63,989 nt of DNA from Carcharhinus longimanus (lineage: Eukaryota): contig JASCQW010000032.1 in assembly GCA_030264375.1 (NCBI GenBank), positions 56,405,687 to 56,469,675 on the forward strand, in the 5' to 3' direction. Positions 24,361-37,698 of the stretch are shown one piece after another (within the stretch, counting starts at the first letter, position 1; every line of letters begins with the position of its first letter). The notes under the pieces are model-generated. The model was not told the DNA's origin. It did no database searches and saw only the letters and a program-made list of their open reading frames with translations. The position numbers were made by a program, and so were the translations under genes.

Positions 24361-26169
24361 ATTCTTGAAGAAACTCTGCAATTTTTATGCAATAAGTTAT
24401 AAGCAAAGCTACTCCTGCATTTCTGTATTCAGCTGGAGCTAAAGCAAATAACTTAACACTCTACAACACATCTGCAAATTTCTGTATTTGCTGTTGGCTG
24501 AAATTTTTGCTGAAAATTGCATTAAAGACATCCAAAAGCATTTCATAATGACAAATAAGTGTTTGGAGAGGTGACCAAAGGCACCACTATTAGAGATTGG
24601 TTTTATGGAAGCCTTTGAAGATGAGGAAAGAGTTTGCATATTTGAAGAACTGATGGAGGCAGATCAGATTAGGACCAAGAAAAGTAGACCAGTAAGAATG
24701 GAGATATATGAAAGAGGTCAGAGCCAGAGGAACAGTGAATTGGAGGAAGTAAAAATGCTCGAACAGTGACTAATAAAGTGCAATAACGACAGTAGGGCCA
24801 GAATAATTACAAAAAAAATCTCATATTTCACCACGTGTGAAAGCAATTGCAAGTGATTATGAAAACCATTCACCTTTTGGCATTTAATTTGGAAGATTAA
24901 CGATATCTGCCTCCAAAACAACACATAACCTATTGAAATGGCAATCATTTCAGGGTTGTTGAAAATTCACACTAGGAAAAAAGGAAGAACTTGCATTTTT
25001 TGTACTATTTATAATGCTTCTCTGAAAACTCTCAGATTTCATATACAGTGAATTATTTTGAAGCAAGTCACTTTATTATGGTATGAAATTATTATTTAAT
25101 CTTACGGTTAAATATTTAAGATGTAGTTCCACGAATGAATAGTAAGCCACTTGGATTTTTAGAGAATGAATAAAATACTTTCAGCTTCTAAATGTCTAGT
25201 AGCTGCCTTGCTGCTCAACTAAATTGTGTTGAATGTTTGCTTAAAAATGCTGATGGGTTAGATTGGCTTTAAGGCAATCATATAAATCCAGTATAAAAGC
25301 TACTCTGCAGGATTAATAAGTTATTGCAATCAGTGAAAGTGGTTTTCTCTTAAATTTTTGTAAGTTTTTTGCCAGTAATTTTTATTAAGCTGTCGTTGAA
25401 TTAACATAACCATATCTGCTGCAATGTTCTCTTGTTAATAAAATAGAAATGTTGTGTTCTAAACTAAGCTCATTTCTACTGAGTTAGAGATGTTGCTGCA
25501 GTCAAAAATGTTCTTTCATATTCTTATATGGAAAATGAAAACAACCTTGACAGATCTAGGTCAAATTATATCTATTACAATTATTACTGGAACGAAAGGG
25601 CAAAATCTTGTGGTGATGTTAGGGATCTTAGTTACTGGCTGAAAAGCCGATGAAATCCTTGGAATGCCTCTTTTCTGGAAGGTCTGTTGCATCTTGTGTC
25701 ACTCAGTGGTGGGTCTCCCTCACGATCAGTGACCCTGGGGCTGGAAATGCCACCCTCAAGAGCTGCTGTCCAATCAGAGGCTGGCTGCTATTCTGTAACC
25801 AGCAGGTCACCAAGGACGCTGGTGATGGTACTATATCCACCCATGGGCACAGGTGAGTGGTGGCAAATGGGGAGTCATAGGGTGGGAGGTTGGCAGCAAG
25901 AGCAGGGTGGTGGTCTTCAGCAGTTTCCCCTGCCTTCCCTTTCTAGTACTGGGTGCCTCAGTCAGACATTGATTGCCTTTGAATGAGAGAAACACCCCTG
26001 GAAGCCTACAAGCTAACACCCTAAGGTTTGGTTGTTATGCTCTCCACATGACCAGCACCGCGCTCACCACTGTGTTAGTATATTAAATGGTCATCAAGGG
26101 CCACAAACAGTGGTGGGGTGTGAATGCTGCCCATGAGCCTTCCACCATAGGCACTGGACATTGCAAAAC

Positions 26170-26412
26170 ACATATAGCAATGAAATATTTTTGAATTGTT
26201 GCCACTACTATAATGTAGCAAACATGGCCACCAATTTCAAAGTCCCACAGAAAGCAATGTGATAATGACCAGATAAAATGTTTTTGTAATGTTGATTGAG
26301 GGGTAAATATTGGTCAGTTCTTCTTTCAAATAAAGAAATGGGATCTTTTGCATCAATCTAAGAGGACAGAAGGGTCCTCACTTCAACCCATTATCAAAAG
26401 GATAATGCCTCC
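26170..26412 (-). mobile_element. DeuSINE (SacSINE1-like) fragment
   Basis: Reverse-complement similarity to 43110-43490 (gttgattgaggggtaaatattgg, aatgggatctttt). Confidence 0.7.
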
Positions 26413-26929
26413 TTCAATTTCAGTTGTTTCCACTTGCAATTGTAATTTGGTGAATCAATTATAGTTAGGTAACAGATTCACATTTTCTGTGGTGCATGGA
26501 GGGTGCGTGGGGACTTTAAACCACAAATTTGCTGGTTTAACTGCAAATGCTGACAGCAAGGTGCTTTACAACAATGAGCCTGCCTTGACTGAAACAAAAA
26601 TCAATCACTTAAATCTAAGGATCATTGCAGCCTCCCAGTAGGATTAGTAGGTGGTTCCTGTCCACCTTTTGATTCAGTGTCTGGGACCTTGACTAGTGTT
26701 ACTCAGAAGAATTAAAAATCAATCATGGTTTGAAAGCCAGGTTCCTCTTAAACTAAAACCATTGGTTTCTGAATAGTTTGATTTAAAAAAAGATAAATTA
26801 AAATCAGATAAAGTGAGGATAGAAGGGAAAGTTGAGATGAAAAGAAAAATAGGACAAGCTGCAGTAAAGTGATTATTTTTAAATTAAATATGTATTTTGC
26901 ATTATTTTTCATTATATTGGTTGATAGTG

Positions 26930-27340
26930 CAGAAATGCAGATACTCATGACATTTGTTTCAGTGTTCGCAGGAGAGTTGAAGATTTAAGAATGCATATTG
27001 ATAACACATTAGCATGAATAACAGATTAATTCATTAACAGGAAGTAGAGAGTAGAGATAAATGGGTCTTTTTTGGGTTGGCAAGCTGGGACTAGTGGAAT
27101 GCCATAGGGATCAGTGCAGGGGTCTCAACTATTTTTGGTCTGCATTAGTGATTTAGATGAAGGGACTGAATGTATGGTAGCTAAATTTGCCAATGGCACC
27201 AAGATAGGTAGGAAAGTAAATTAGCAAGAAGAGGTAGGGAGTCTGAAAAGGATTATAGGCAGGTCAAGTGAGTGAGCAAAAAATTGGCAGATGGCGTTTA
27301 ATGTGGGAAAAAGTGAATTTGTCCATTTTGGCAGGGAGAC
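26930..27340 (+). mobile_element. CR1 RT fragment
   Basis: SGMP*GSVQG...AKFANGTKIG (decayed PQGS and FADD motifs). Confidence 0.8.
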
Positions 27341-27504
27341 TGAGGTACAGTTTGGATCATTCCCATGTTAGACTAGAGGGGTGATTCTGTAGTTAGTCTC
27401 CCACCATTTTCTTGTTGCCGTTCAGTAGGGAGCATGCAGTACAGCTGTCATGTTATTTCTTGTAATTTTGAGCAGGTGCAGGATAGTTCCTTTGCCATAT
27501 GGAG

Positions 27505-29560
27505 ACATAAGGACATGAATATCAGGAGCATCAGTAGCCATTTGGCCTGTCGAGCCTGCTCCACTATTCCATCAAATCATGGTTAATCTACCTCATCTAC
27601 ATCTTTGCCATCATTATTCCCAAACCCCTTAATTCCCTTAATATTCCAAAGATCTGTCTCTGTCTTGAATGTACCCAGTGACTGAGCATTCACATTCCTT
27701 TGGGGTTTTGAGTGAAAAAAATTTCTCTAATCACAGTTCTAAATGGTTGACCCCTTATTCTGATTCTATGACCTCTAATTCTAAATTCCTCAGCCAGGAA
27801 AAAACATCCTCCTTTATCCTTAAGCATTTTCTGTTTCAATTAGATCACCTGTCATTTTTCTAAATTATAGGAAATAGAGCCCTAGTCTACTCATTCTCTC
27901 CCCATAAGACAATCCCCTCATCCCAAAAATGAGCCTGGTGAACCTTTATTGTACCCGCTCCAAGGCAGGGGTATCTGTCCTCAGTAAGAGACCAAAACTG
28001 TTCACAGTACCCCAGGTGTAGTCTCACCAAGATCTTGTACGATTGCAGTAAGACTTCTTTGCTCTCATAATCCAATCACTGAAATAAAGGCAAAAATACT
28101 GTTGACTTTCCTAATTGCCTGCTGTACCTTCACGTTAATGTTCATGTACGAGGACACCCAAGTAATTCTGAACGTCTAAATTACCAATCTGTCACCATTT
28201 AATAAATAGTCTGCTTTTTATTTTCTTTCCATTGAGGGGAACTTCACACATTACTATGTTATATTCCATTTGCCATGTTTTAGGCCAATCACTTAACCTG
28301 AGTAAATAAAAACAAGAAATGCTAGAAAATACTCAGCAGGTCTGGCAACATCTGTGGTAAGAGAAACAGGATTAACATTTTGAGTCTGTATGAATTCTTC
28401 AGAGCTAAAGAGATTTAGAAAAGCGAGGGGTTTTATGCTGTTGAAAAGAGGGAATGGAGCAAAATGGAAGTTCAGGGATAAGTGAGAGCTCAGCAAAGTT
28501 TGTGACAAAGATGTCACCAAAAAAGGGGAGTGATACTGATATTGTTAAAAACCAAGGAAGGTATTAATAGCGGCATAAAGAACAGATAGCAGAATGTGTT
28601 GGTAGCAAAACAAGGGTCAGTATTTTCTGAAAACAAAACATGAGAACAAGTTATAGGCAGGCCTTTGGGGCCAGGGAAAGGTGGGGGGAGAAACAAAATG
28701 GAGGACAGAGTTCATGGTCTGATGGTGTTGAATTCAATGATAAGTTCAGAAGGCTGTAAAGTGCCTAATTGTAAGATAAAGTGCTGCTTCTCTAGTTTAT
28801 GTTCAGCTTCATTGGAACATTCTAGCATTGTCATATATCCTTTTGCAGCCTCTTTACATCCTCCTCACAGCTTATTTTTCACCTAACTTGATATCATCAG
28901 CAAATTTGGTTATATAATTCTTGATCCCCTCATCTAAGTCATTAGTATAAATTATAAATAACTGAAGCCCAAGCATTGGTCCTTGAGGTATCCTGGTAGT
29001 TTTTGAGCCTGCCAACCCAAAACGATGTATAAATTCCCACTTGCTGTTCTCCATTAACCAATCTTACAAGCTCTCATTACGTACAATAACCTCTTGTATT
29101 GCATCTTATCAAATGCTTTTTCAAAAACCTAAATCTGCTGCATCCACAGCTTACCCCTTCTCCACTTTCCTATTTACAACTTCAAAAATCTCTTTGCAAA
29201 CATGATTTTTCTTTTATAAATCCATGTTAACTCTGCCTAATCATATTATGATTCTCCAATTGTTGTTTTCCCGTGTTTCTAATATTAGATTCTATCATTT
29301 TTCCTGTTACCCGTATTAGACTAACTAACTTATAGTTCCCTGTCTTCTTTCTCCTTCATTAGTTTAGTTTATGTTTGCTAACCTGGGGAATGTTCTAGGA
29401 TCTATGGAATTCTGGACTATCAAAACCAGTGTATCCACTGTTTCTATAGCTACCATTTTTAAAAACCTGGGGTATAGAGATTGATCAATTTGAATTTCCA
29501 TTAATTTGTCCATTGCTATTTCTTTGCCAATAATATCAGTAAGTTTCTCAGTAAACAGCC
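27505..29560 (-). mobile_element. CR1 LINE interrupted by a Penelope-like insertion
   Basis: IPQGPMLGLQLFIIYTNDLDEG..KFADDIKLG and VLLQSYKILVRLHLGYCEQFWS; 3' tail at about 27505. Confidence 0.9.
28303..28826 (-). mobile_element. Penelope-like element 3' end nested in CR1
   Basis: Terminal repeat aaatactcagcaggtctggcaacatctgtgg and GIY-YIG tail; CR1 resumes colinearly afterwards. Confidence 0.8.
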
Positions 29561-30261
29561 TCAATTTTTCACCCTACAAATAGATGTTTTACTTACTGAT
29601 ACTGAGTGCAAGGGATCAAGCAGACAATATGGGCCATGTTGTGACCTCACATGGTGAATGACAAAGATGGTGATCACCTACATCTATGCTAGTGGTGTGA
29701 TTTTATGTTCGGCGTGTAAGTCCTGTTTCTTGGAGGCCTCAAATGTTGATTTATTTATATGCTGACATCTACAGTATCTCTGCTGGTAGGTTCTAGTAAA
29801 TGTGCAGCCTGGCCTTCCCTTAATGGTCCTTCTCTTTCTTGATAAAACTGCAAGGGAAAATCCATTGTTAGGCTTTCACAACTACTGTAGGGTAGGTGTG
29901 GGAAGAGATTACACAACAATAATTGGCGCAAAGGAACTCTTCAAATTAACTTTACTTTGCTCAGTCTTGCTTAGATAACTCCACATGAAGTGCACACAAA
30001 GACAGGAAATGTGTGCTAGCTAAATTATGACATCATTTTCAAATTAAGCAGCTGCACCCATTGTAGTCCCAGTGGAAATATATGTGATGTGTTGAAATGT
30101 GTACAAATCATGCATGCTGAATCTCCACCATTTTTAAATCAGTAACATCCACTTTGAATCTGAAATTTAAGTATTATTAAACTGACTACCTCATGTCTAT
30201 GAAGAAAAGATCGTTCAAACAGAAAAAGAAAATTAAATCACTTTTAACATCTTTTTTGCAG

Positions 30262-30462
30262 GAACTGTCTTTCTTGCGTGCAGTTTTGGCAGTAAAGAAA
30301 CATAAGGCGCAGGATGAAGTAATTCATTTGCTAAATGATGCTGTTGACACTCATTTTTCCACATTGCAAGGCCTACCCCTGGGAGTTCACTACTATGAGA
30401 AATTAAACCCTGACTTTCTATTAGAAATTATTCGTGAATATCTTGCCTTCTGTCCCACACAG
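30262..30462 (+). CDS. TTC21B: TTC21B exon 11 (201 nt)
   Basis: ttgcag|GAA...CAG|gtaaaa; [13 protein letters not shown]...[23 protein letters not shown]. Confidence 0.95.
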
Positions 30463-30903
30463 GTAAAAGTTCAATGTTAGTGTTTACAGAAACATCCCAG
30501 CAACGTGAAAAATGTCTGTTTTGTAAGACTGCATTTTTGGATCTAAATGTTAAAAGCAGTAAGATTGCCAGTATAAGTTCTCTTTACCCATCCTGCTTTG
30601 TAATTTCATAAATAGTTAAATACTTAATGCCTTGGTGCAAATTTTGCAGTAATAATGACGGCAAAGCTGTTTGAAGCTGACAGCAACTTCGAGAATCTGT
30701 GCATATAAAGTTATAAATGGGCGTCTAGAATTTATTGTCAGTGATTGTAGGGGCTGTTGAATTCTCCCAGAGTGCAATCAAATAGGTTTGGTTTCATTGT
30801 AAAAATCCCTGAAAAAGTCACACCTTTTTGAATAAGGTGTAACTTGGTTTATAACTGCGCACTTGGTTCATAATTATTGCTGAAAACTCCTCTGACCCCC
30901 GGA

Positions 30904-31220
30904 AACATAAGAACATAAGAAATAGGAGCAGGAGTAGGCCATCTAGCCCTTCGAGCCTGCCCCGCCATTCAATAAGNNNNNNNNNNNNNNNNNNNNNNNN
31001 NNNNNNNNNNNNNNNNNNNNNNNNNNNNNNNNNNNNNNNNNNNNNNNNNNNNNNNNNNNNNNNNNNNNNNNNNNNNTAAATATATTTAGCGAGGTAGCCT
31101 CCACCACTTCAATGGGCAGAGAATTCCAGAGATTCACCACCCTTTGAGTGAAGGAGTTCCTCCTCAACTCTGACCTAAACTACTCCCCCCCCCACCTTGA
31201 GGCTGTACCCTCTAGTCCTA
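30904..31220 (-). mobile_element. Young CR1 3' end spanning a gap
   Basis: (AACATAAG)n tail; RRNSFTQRVVNLWNSLP. Confidence 0.9.
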
Positions 31221-31793
31221 AGGAGAAACTAATTTTCTCCTTGTGAAATGCCAATTTTTTCCATTATGGTGAAAAAAAATCTGAATTTTAAAAATGATTT
31301 TCATATAAAGTTAGTGTGCATTTCACTTTTGGTAACATTAAGGATATCAGTGCATTTTACTTCCTGGTTACAGTCACTGTGCGAATACTTCAGTCTGATT
31401 GGCTGCTTACCCTGCTTGATGACATCTCTGTTGCTAGACATCTGGAGATCCCAGATTCAAACTGATATTGGCAGAAGGGAAATCCATGCCACAGAGATTA
31501 CTAGACAGGTCAGCGGTAAGCACCAATGCTGAACTGCAGAGCACAAAATCTGAGCCAATATTATTTTTAGCTGATGAAAGCAGTGTTATTTAAGCTTGTT
31601 TTTGAAATAGTTCTTTATAATTGTTTGAATATTGACAAGAAACTAATGGAAATTTATTTTTTACGAAGAACAATGGCTGTTGGAAACTGATATGACTTTA
31701 AATTGTTGCCAACAAGTTGAAATGCAGTCTGTGTTGATAGGCAACTCTGCTAATGATTTATTCAGATTAGAAACAAAATGATTTTGATAAATA

Positions 31794-32185
31794 GGGGGAA
31801 GGTGATGGCTGTATCGTTCTATTGCTCAACTATTAATCCAGAAACTCAGCTCATGTTCTGGGGATCCGAGGTTAAATTCTGCTACAACAGATTCAATGTT
31901 GAATTCAATAAAAAATACCTGGAATTAAGAATCCATTGATGACTATGAAACCATTGTCGATTGTCGGAAAAAACTCATCTGATTCACTCATGTCCTTCAA
32001 GGAAGGAAATCTACCATCCTTACCTGGTCTGGCCTACATGTGACTCCAGAGTCACAGCAATGTGGTTGACTCTCAACTGTCCCCTGAAATAGCCTGGCAA
32101 AAAACTCAGTTCAAGGTCAATTAGAGATGGGCAATAAATGCTGGCCAGTCAGCAATGCCTATTTCCCATGAATGAATATGAAAAA
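31794..32185 (+). mobile_element. tRNA-derived SINE (same family as 8826)
   Basis: GGAAGGAAATCT..CCTTACCTGGTCTGGCCTACATGTGACTCCAG..GGGCAATAAATGCTGGCC. Confidence 0.85.
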
Positions 32186-32943
32186 TGGAGTCAGAAAAAG
32201 GTAAAAGTCACCAAATGGTTTTAACTTTTAGTTAACTCAATGTTAGTGGGTAATTGAAGAACACTGGAATACATCCTTATCTGTCATATGCCATATTAAC
32301 CTATGAAATTAAGTATAAAACACCATTCAAGGGAGAAACTACCATTCAGTCACTTTGTTTCAGTGGAATTACCACATTGTGCTATGATATTAAAATAGAA
32401 AGATGGATGTATAATTTCTATTGCAGGTACACTAGAACAGAAGCTTTACTTATACAGATTTTGAAGCTTTTTTTTGCATTCCCTTGAAATTCAGTGTTTT
32501 TTTTACTTTTTTTATCTTGAGTCTTCAATCAGAACAAGTAATGCTAAAGTGCTGAATACCAACACAGGAAGGCTAAGTATTTTGATTACTGCTAACAGCA
32601 TCAAATATTAAATTCTAAACAAAACATGTAAACATGCACTGAAGTAGTGCATCATGGGAATCCATTGGAATGTAATTCCCAAGCAAGTACTGAGTTTCAA
32701 TAAAACAAAAGCAAAATATATGAATGTTGGAAATCTGAAATAAAAGCAGAAAATAATGGTACCATTCAACAGGTTAGGCAGCATCTGTAAAAAAGGTAGA
32801 AACTGCATATTTTGAAAATTATTCAGAAATTTCAGTACTTAAGTGTCCCTGGTTTGCATTTCTGTACATTTTATGTGCGTTTTAGTGAGAAACATTGGAC
32901 TTTACATGGTTTTTCTAGACATGACAATCTAATTTTCTTTCAG

Positions 32944-33073
32944 CCTGGAGCTCCTGGTCAGCCTTTGTCTCCATTACTGAAACATTGTGCTTCAGTGCTG
33001 GATACTGTTGTGAAAACGGTGCCAGGACTATTGGAAGCTGCCTTTCTAATGGCCAGAGTTAAATACTTAGCAG
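32944..33073 (+). CDS. TTC21B: TTC21B exon 12 (130 nt)
   Basis: tttcag|CCT...GCAG|gtattt; [43 protein letters not shown]. Confidence 0.95.
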
Positions 33074-33427
33074 GTATTTATATTATCACGTTACTTAAAA
33101 ATGTACAGGCTTTATTTATAATGCAACAGAATTTTTTTAGTTTTTTTGTGGGGGGAGACAAATTGGCTACTTTACTGCTCTGTGCGGCCTCTTCATTGTG
33201 AGATCAATAGTGTTTTTCAAAATCATGAAATTACGCGGGTCTATATTTTTAAATCTATATAAATAACACTGGATCGACAGAATGGTGAGATATGAAGACA
33301 TAGATATCTTGTTTGATATAAATATCTGCATATTTACAGCGTATTGAGAGTATTACTGTTCCTTGTAATTAAAAATTACCAGAGAAAAACATTCCACACA
33401 AAATGAAAGCATTTTGGCATTTAATGG

Positions 33428-34330
33428 CAAATTAATGATTAGTAAGTTTGCGGATGACACAAAGGTTGGTGGATTTGCAGATAGTGATGAGGACCATCAG
33501 AGGATATGGTAAGATATAGATCAGTTAGAGACTTGAGCGGAGAGATGGCAGATGGAGTTTAATCCGAACAAATGTGAGGTAATGCGTNNNNNNNNNNNNN
33601 NNNNNNNNNNNNNNNNNNNNNNNNNNNNNNNNNNNNNNNNNNNNNNNNNNNNNNNNNNNNNNNNNNNNNNNNNNNNNNNNNNNNNNNNNNNNNNNNNNNN
33701 NNNNNNNNNNNNNNNNNNNNNNNNNNNNNNNNNNNNNNNNNNNNNNNNNNNNNNNNNNNNNNNNNNNNNNNNNNNNNNNNNNNNNNNNNNNNNNNNNNNN
33801 NNNNNNNNNNNNNNNNNNNNNNNNNNNNNNNNNNNNNNNNNNNNNNNNNNNNNNNNNNNNNNNNNNNNNNNNNNNNNNNNNNNNNNNNNNNNNNNNNNNN
33901 NNNNNNNNNNNNNNNNGCTATGAGGAGAGGTTGGAGAAACTTGGTTTGTTCTCACTGGAGCGACGGAGGTTGAGGGGAGACCTGATAGAAGTCCACAAGA
34001 TTATAAGAGGCATGGACAGAGTGGATAGTCAGAAGCTTTTTCCCAGGGTTGAAGAGTCAATTACTAGGGGTAAGGTTTAAAGGAGATGTACAAAGCTAAT
34101 TTTTTTACACAGAGAGTAGTGGGTGCCGAGAACTCATTGCTGGGGGAATTAGTGGAAGCGGATATGGTAGTGACTTCTAAGGGGTGTCTTGACAAGTACA
34201 TGAATAGAATGGAAATAGAGGGATATGGTCCCTGGAAGGGTAGGTGGATTTAGTTAAGTTGGGCAACATGGTCGGCACAGGGTTGGAGGGCCGAAGGGCC
34301 TGTTACTGTGCTGTAATTTTCTTTGTTCTA
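33428..34330 (+). mobile_element. CR1 LINE 3' part spanning a gap
   Basis: SKFADDTKVGG and WQMEFNPNKCEVM; tail ggccgaagggcctgtt. Confidence 0.9.
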
Positions 34331-34377
34331 AGTGGGAGGTAGTCTTTCAGAAATAGTTGTGACGAAAGATAAATTTT

Positions 34378-34622
34378 AGTATTGCTGAAAGAAGGCATTT
34401 GTCAAAGTATTTTGTCTTAACTCATCAGGACAATTCACAAGAATACCAAATGTAAAGAGAATATTGTATTGCAAGGGAAGTGAGTGATTGGTTGACAAGT
34501 GCACTCTGTTTGGTAGATGTGTTGCCATGGAGAATGCATCAGTTAACAGATGACTTGACAATTAACTGCCAAGCTTAGTTGACTTTCAAACTAGGCAAAA
34601 AGTATCCTTTTTCAGCAATACT
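34378..34622. mobile_element. Inverted-repeat-bounded element with hammerhead-like core, probably PLE-derived
   Basis: 13/13 terminal inverted repeat AGTATTGCTGAAA; - strand CTGATGA-GT-TAAG-AC-AAAA at 34428-34410. Confidence 0.55.
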
Positions 34623-34768
34623 CAAGCTCTGATTGACCAAATGACTATTTGTAAAAATTCTGGAATTACTTGCACAATAGTTTTACCTAGTTCAGAATTA
34701 AGTACTAAAATATTACAGCATGAGCTGGATTAAAACTTTCACTTTTGTTGTTTTTTCTCATTTAAAAG

Positions 34769-34926
34769 GTGATGTTGATGCTGCCCAAAACAATCTACAA
34801 CATTGCTTAGAACAGAATCCTTCATATGCAGATGCTCACCTCCTGATGGCTCAGGTTTACCTGTCCCAAGAAAATTTTAAACTCTGCTCACATTCTCTGG
34901 AATTGTGTTTGAGTTATAATTTTGAG
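34769..34926 (+). CDS. TTC21B: TTC21B exon 13 (158 nt)
   Basis: taaaag|GT...GAG|gtaaat; (G)[52 protein letters not shown]. Confidence 0.95.
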
Positions 34927-36390
34927 GTAAATTTGATAGAGTTTACTAAATAATGCTTATAATATTTTTAAATTTAGATAGTACCAGTGCAGATTTTTAG
35001 TTTAAATTTAATTTTTTGTTTTCAACTCAATCTTCCTTTATTCCTAACACACATTGTGCACATTAAAACTAATTTAGAGTCAATCTCTTTATTTTACTAA
35101 ATTTTACTGTATTTTTACTAAATTCTATGAGTTAAATTTTCCACTCATTCAATATGACAGTTTACTCCATCATGACAGGATCATTGACCGTCACAGGGCT
35201 GACAGTCCTGCGCAATCTGCTGTGCAAACCTCAGAGGCATACTATAGCGCTATGTGATCATACTGATTAAAATTAGGAGAAAGTAAAGATGATAAATTTG
35301 GTTTGAAAAGCAGTGCCGAAGCCTATATGATTTATTGAATTGATCTCTTGCCATTTAAATTTGAAGAGCCATTCTGCTGCTAGCCAAACCTACTTAATGG
35401 ACAGGATCTTAAGCCTACAGTGGGGAGCTTTCAGGTGTCTGGGTGCTGAAATTTGTACTGCCAGCCAACATGCTGGTTTGCCAACACCATCCTGTCCCTG
35501 GACCATTTTATAGGTGATCGGAAGATGTGGGCAGAGGCCAACAACTTATCCACATTCTGCAGGTAGCCAATTAATAAGTATTAAAAGCCATTTAGTTTGA
35601 ATTGTCAAAGGCTGACTGGAATTTTATATTTGGGCACCAAGTTCCTAGAGGCATTGGCAAGTAGGCCAGCTACCTTCCAGTGTCAGACTGGGGAGGGGGC
35701 AATACCCCAAGTTGCATTTGAGGCCTTCCCCACCAGCTTGGCCTTTTCTCTCTCTACAGTGGTGACGTGGCTGATGAGTCTATTTTTATTTAATGTTTTA
35801 GAAGTTGAAGACCGGGTTTTTTCGATTTGATGCACTCCCCCCTCCTCTCTTTTACCTGAAAAGATAACCTGCTGCTTTTCTTATGTTGACTGTTAGTGAG
35901 ATGCTGCATTATTAATCAGATTTAGGAAAGCCATTAACCTTGCAAACTCGTGAAAAAGCCTGACTAAGCTTGACTTTCTTATCTCTGTTTTAGTAACTGC
36001 AACTTATTGCTTTCATATTTTGTTTTATTTATATGTTTTTGGAATGCAATCGTAACTGTTTCACACATAATAAGACTTTTGGTCCTTTCAGCCCACCACT
36101 GTCATTCCTATTAACAAAGCTACATTTGTTCCATTGTCCTAAGGAGATAGTGTTACACCTTCCTTCTTAGACTGTTGTGGTTTTTATGGTGATGGTGGCC
36201 CGAATAATGGGGAATTGGGATGGGCAATAAATGCTGGCCTTACTAGCAATGCTCATACCATATGAACGAATGAAAAAAAGTCCATAGGTCAGTAGGTACA
36301 CATAGTCCGAGTTTTAGCAGTAGAATAATAACCTGAAAACAGAAAAGCATTGATTTTGTTCCTCTTATTTTAATGGTTTCCTAATTTCAG

Positions 36391-36615
36391 GTTCGTGAAC
36401 ATCCCCTGTATCATTTGATTAGAGCGCAAACTCAGAAGAAAATGGGTGATGTACAGGAAGCCATTAAGACCTTGAAGATAGCTACAGGTTTACCTGCAAT
36501 GAGGAAAACTGGAAGTGCATCCAAATCAAAAAGCAAAAAAATTGAATTTAGTGCAACTGATCGCGTTTCAGTTTTTCTGGAACTAGCAGATGCTCACCGT
36601 ATGAATGGGGAACAG
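36391..36615 (+). CDS. TTC21B: TTC21B exon 14 (225 nt)
   Basis: tttcag|GTT...CAG|gtagtg; VREHPLYHLIRAQTQKKMG...VSVFLELADAHRMNGEQ. Confidence 0.95.
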
Positions 36616-36769
36616 GTAGTGCAAGAAGTTATGTTTCATCCCTTTTATTCATGCCTTTGTTACCTCCAGACTTTCCTATTCCACACCACCCCTAGTTGAT
36701 CTGTACCCCCACCCTCACTTTTACTGCCTGTGTCTTAATTAGCACCAATTTCAGTTCCCCTATCATTCC

Positions 36770-37140
36770 TGTGCACGCTGACTCACATTTACCCTGGTCA
36801 AGCAACTCCTTGATCTTAACATTCTTATCACTGTTTCAAATCCCTCCATGGCTTCACTTCTCCCTATTGCCAGCTCCACAACCCTCTGAGATATCTACAT
36901 TTATAAAATCCTGCCCTTCTGAGCAGCCCAATTTTAGTTGCTTCATTATTGGTGGCCATGGCTTCATTTGCTTAGAGCCTACCCTACAGAAGCCTTTCCC
37001 CCTTTAAGAATCCCTTAAAACATACTTCTTCGAATAAAGTTTTGCTCATCTGGCTTAATATCTTCTTATGTGGCTCCCTGACCTGTGATCTGCCTTAATG
37101 TGTTTCATTATGTTGAAGGCACTGTAAGTTGTTATAGGAA
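36770..37140 (+). mobile_element. L2 LINE 3' fragment
   Basis: Degenerate PITPV.ADLH..P / FKIL.L.FKSLHG-type peptide and cttaaaacatacttctt tail. Confidence 0.6.
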
Positions 37141-37459
37141 ATGCATTTCAACGTGAATAGTGATCTATAAATGCATGTCTTATAATGTGACTATTATTTA
37201 TATTTCACCTATTTGTAATTCCTGCTTTGGTAAAATTGGTCTCATGGATACTAGAATATTAATAAAATTAGTCTTTGTTATTTAAAAAAATTAAATATCT
37301 TTCACAAGCTTCACATTTACATAAAACTGCACAGATCATATTGAGATCCTACATCTTATGCATAACACGTATTTTGCATACAGCTAGCTATTTCACCAAC
37401 ATGATTGTGATATATAATGATTTTTCCATAACACTAGAAAAACTTTTGTTTTTCTATAG

Positions 37460-37698
37460 CATGAAGCTGCTAAAGTGATGCAAGATGCCATTAATGAATT
37501 CTCAGGTACCCCTGAAGAGTTACGTGTTACAATTGCCAATGCAGACCTTGCTGTTGTACGTGGGGATATCGAGTTGGCACTCAGTATGCTTCGAAATGTC
37601 ACACCTGAACAACCTTATTTCATTCAAGCAAAAGAGAAGATGGCTGCCATCTACCTAAACCAGAGGAAAGATAAACAGTTATATGCAAGCTGCTACAG
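37460..37698 (+). CDS. TTC21B: TTC21B exon 15 (239 nt)
   Basis: ctatag|CAT...CAG|gtgaca; [31 protein letters not shown]...[10 protein letters not shown]. Confidence 0.95.
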
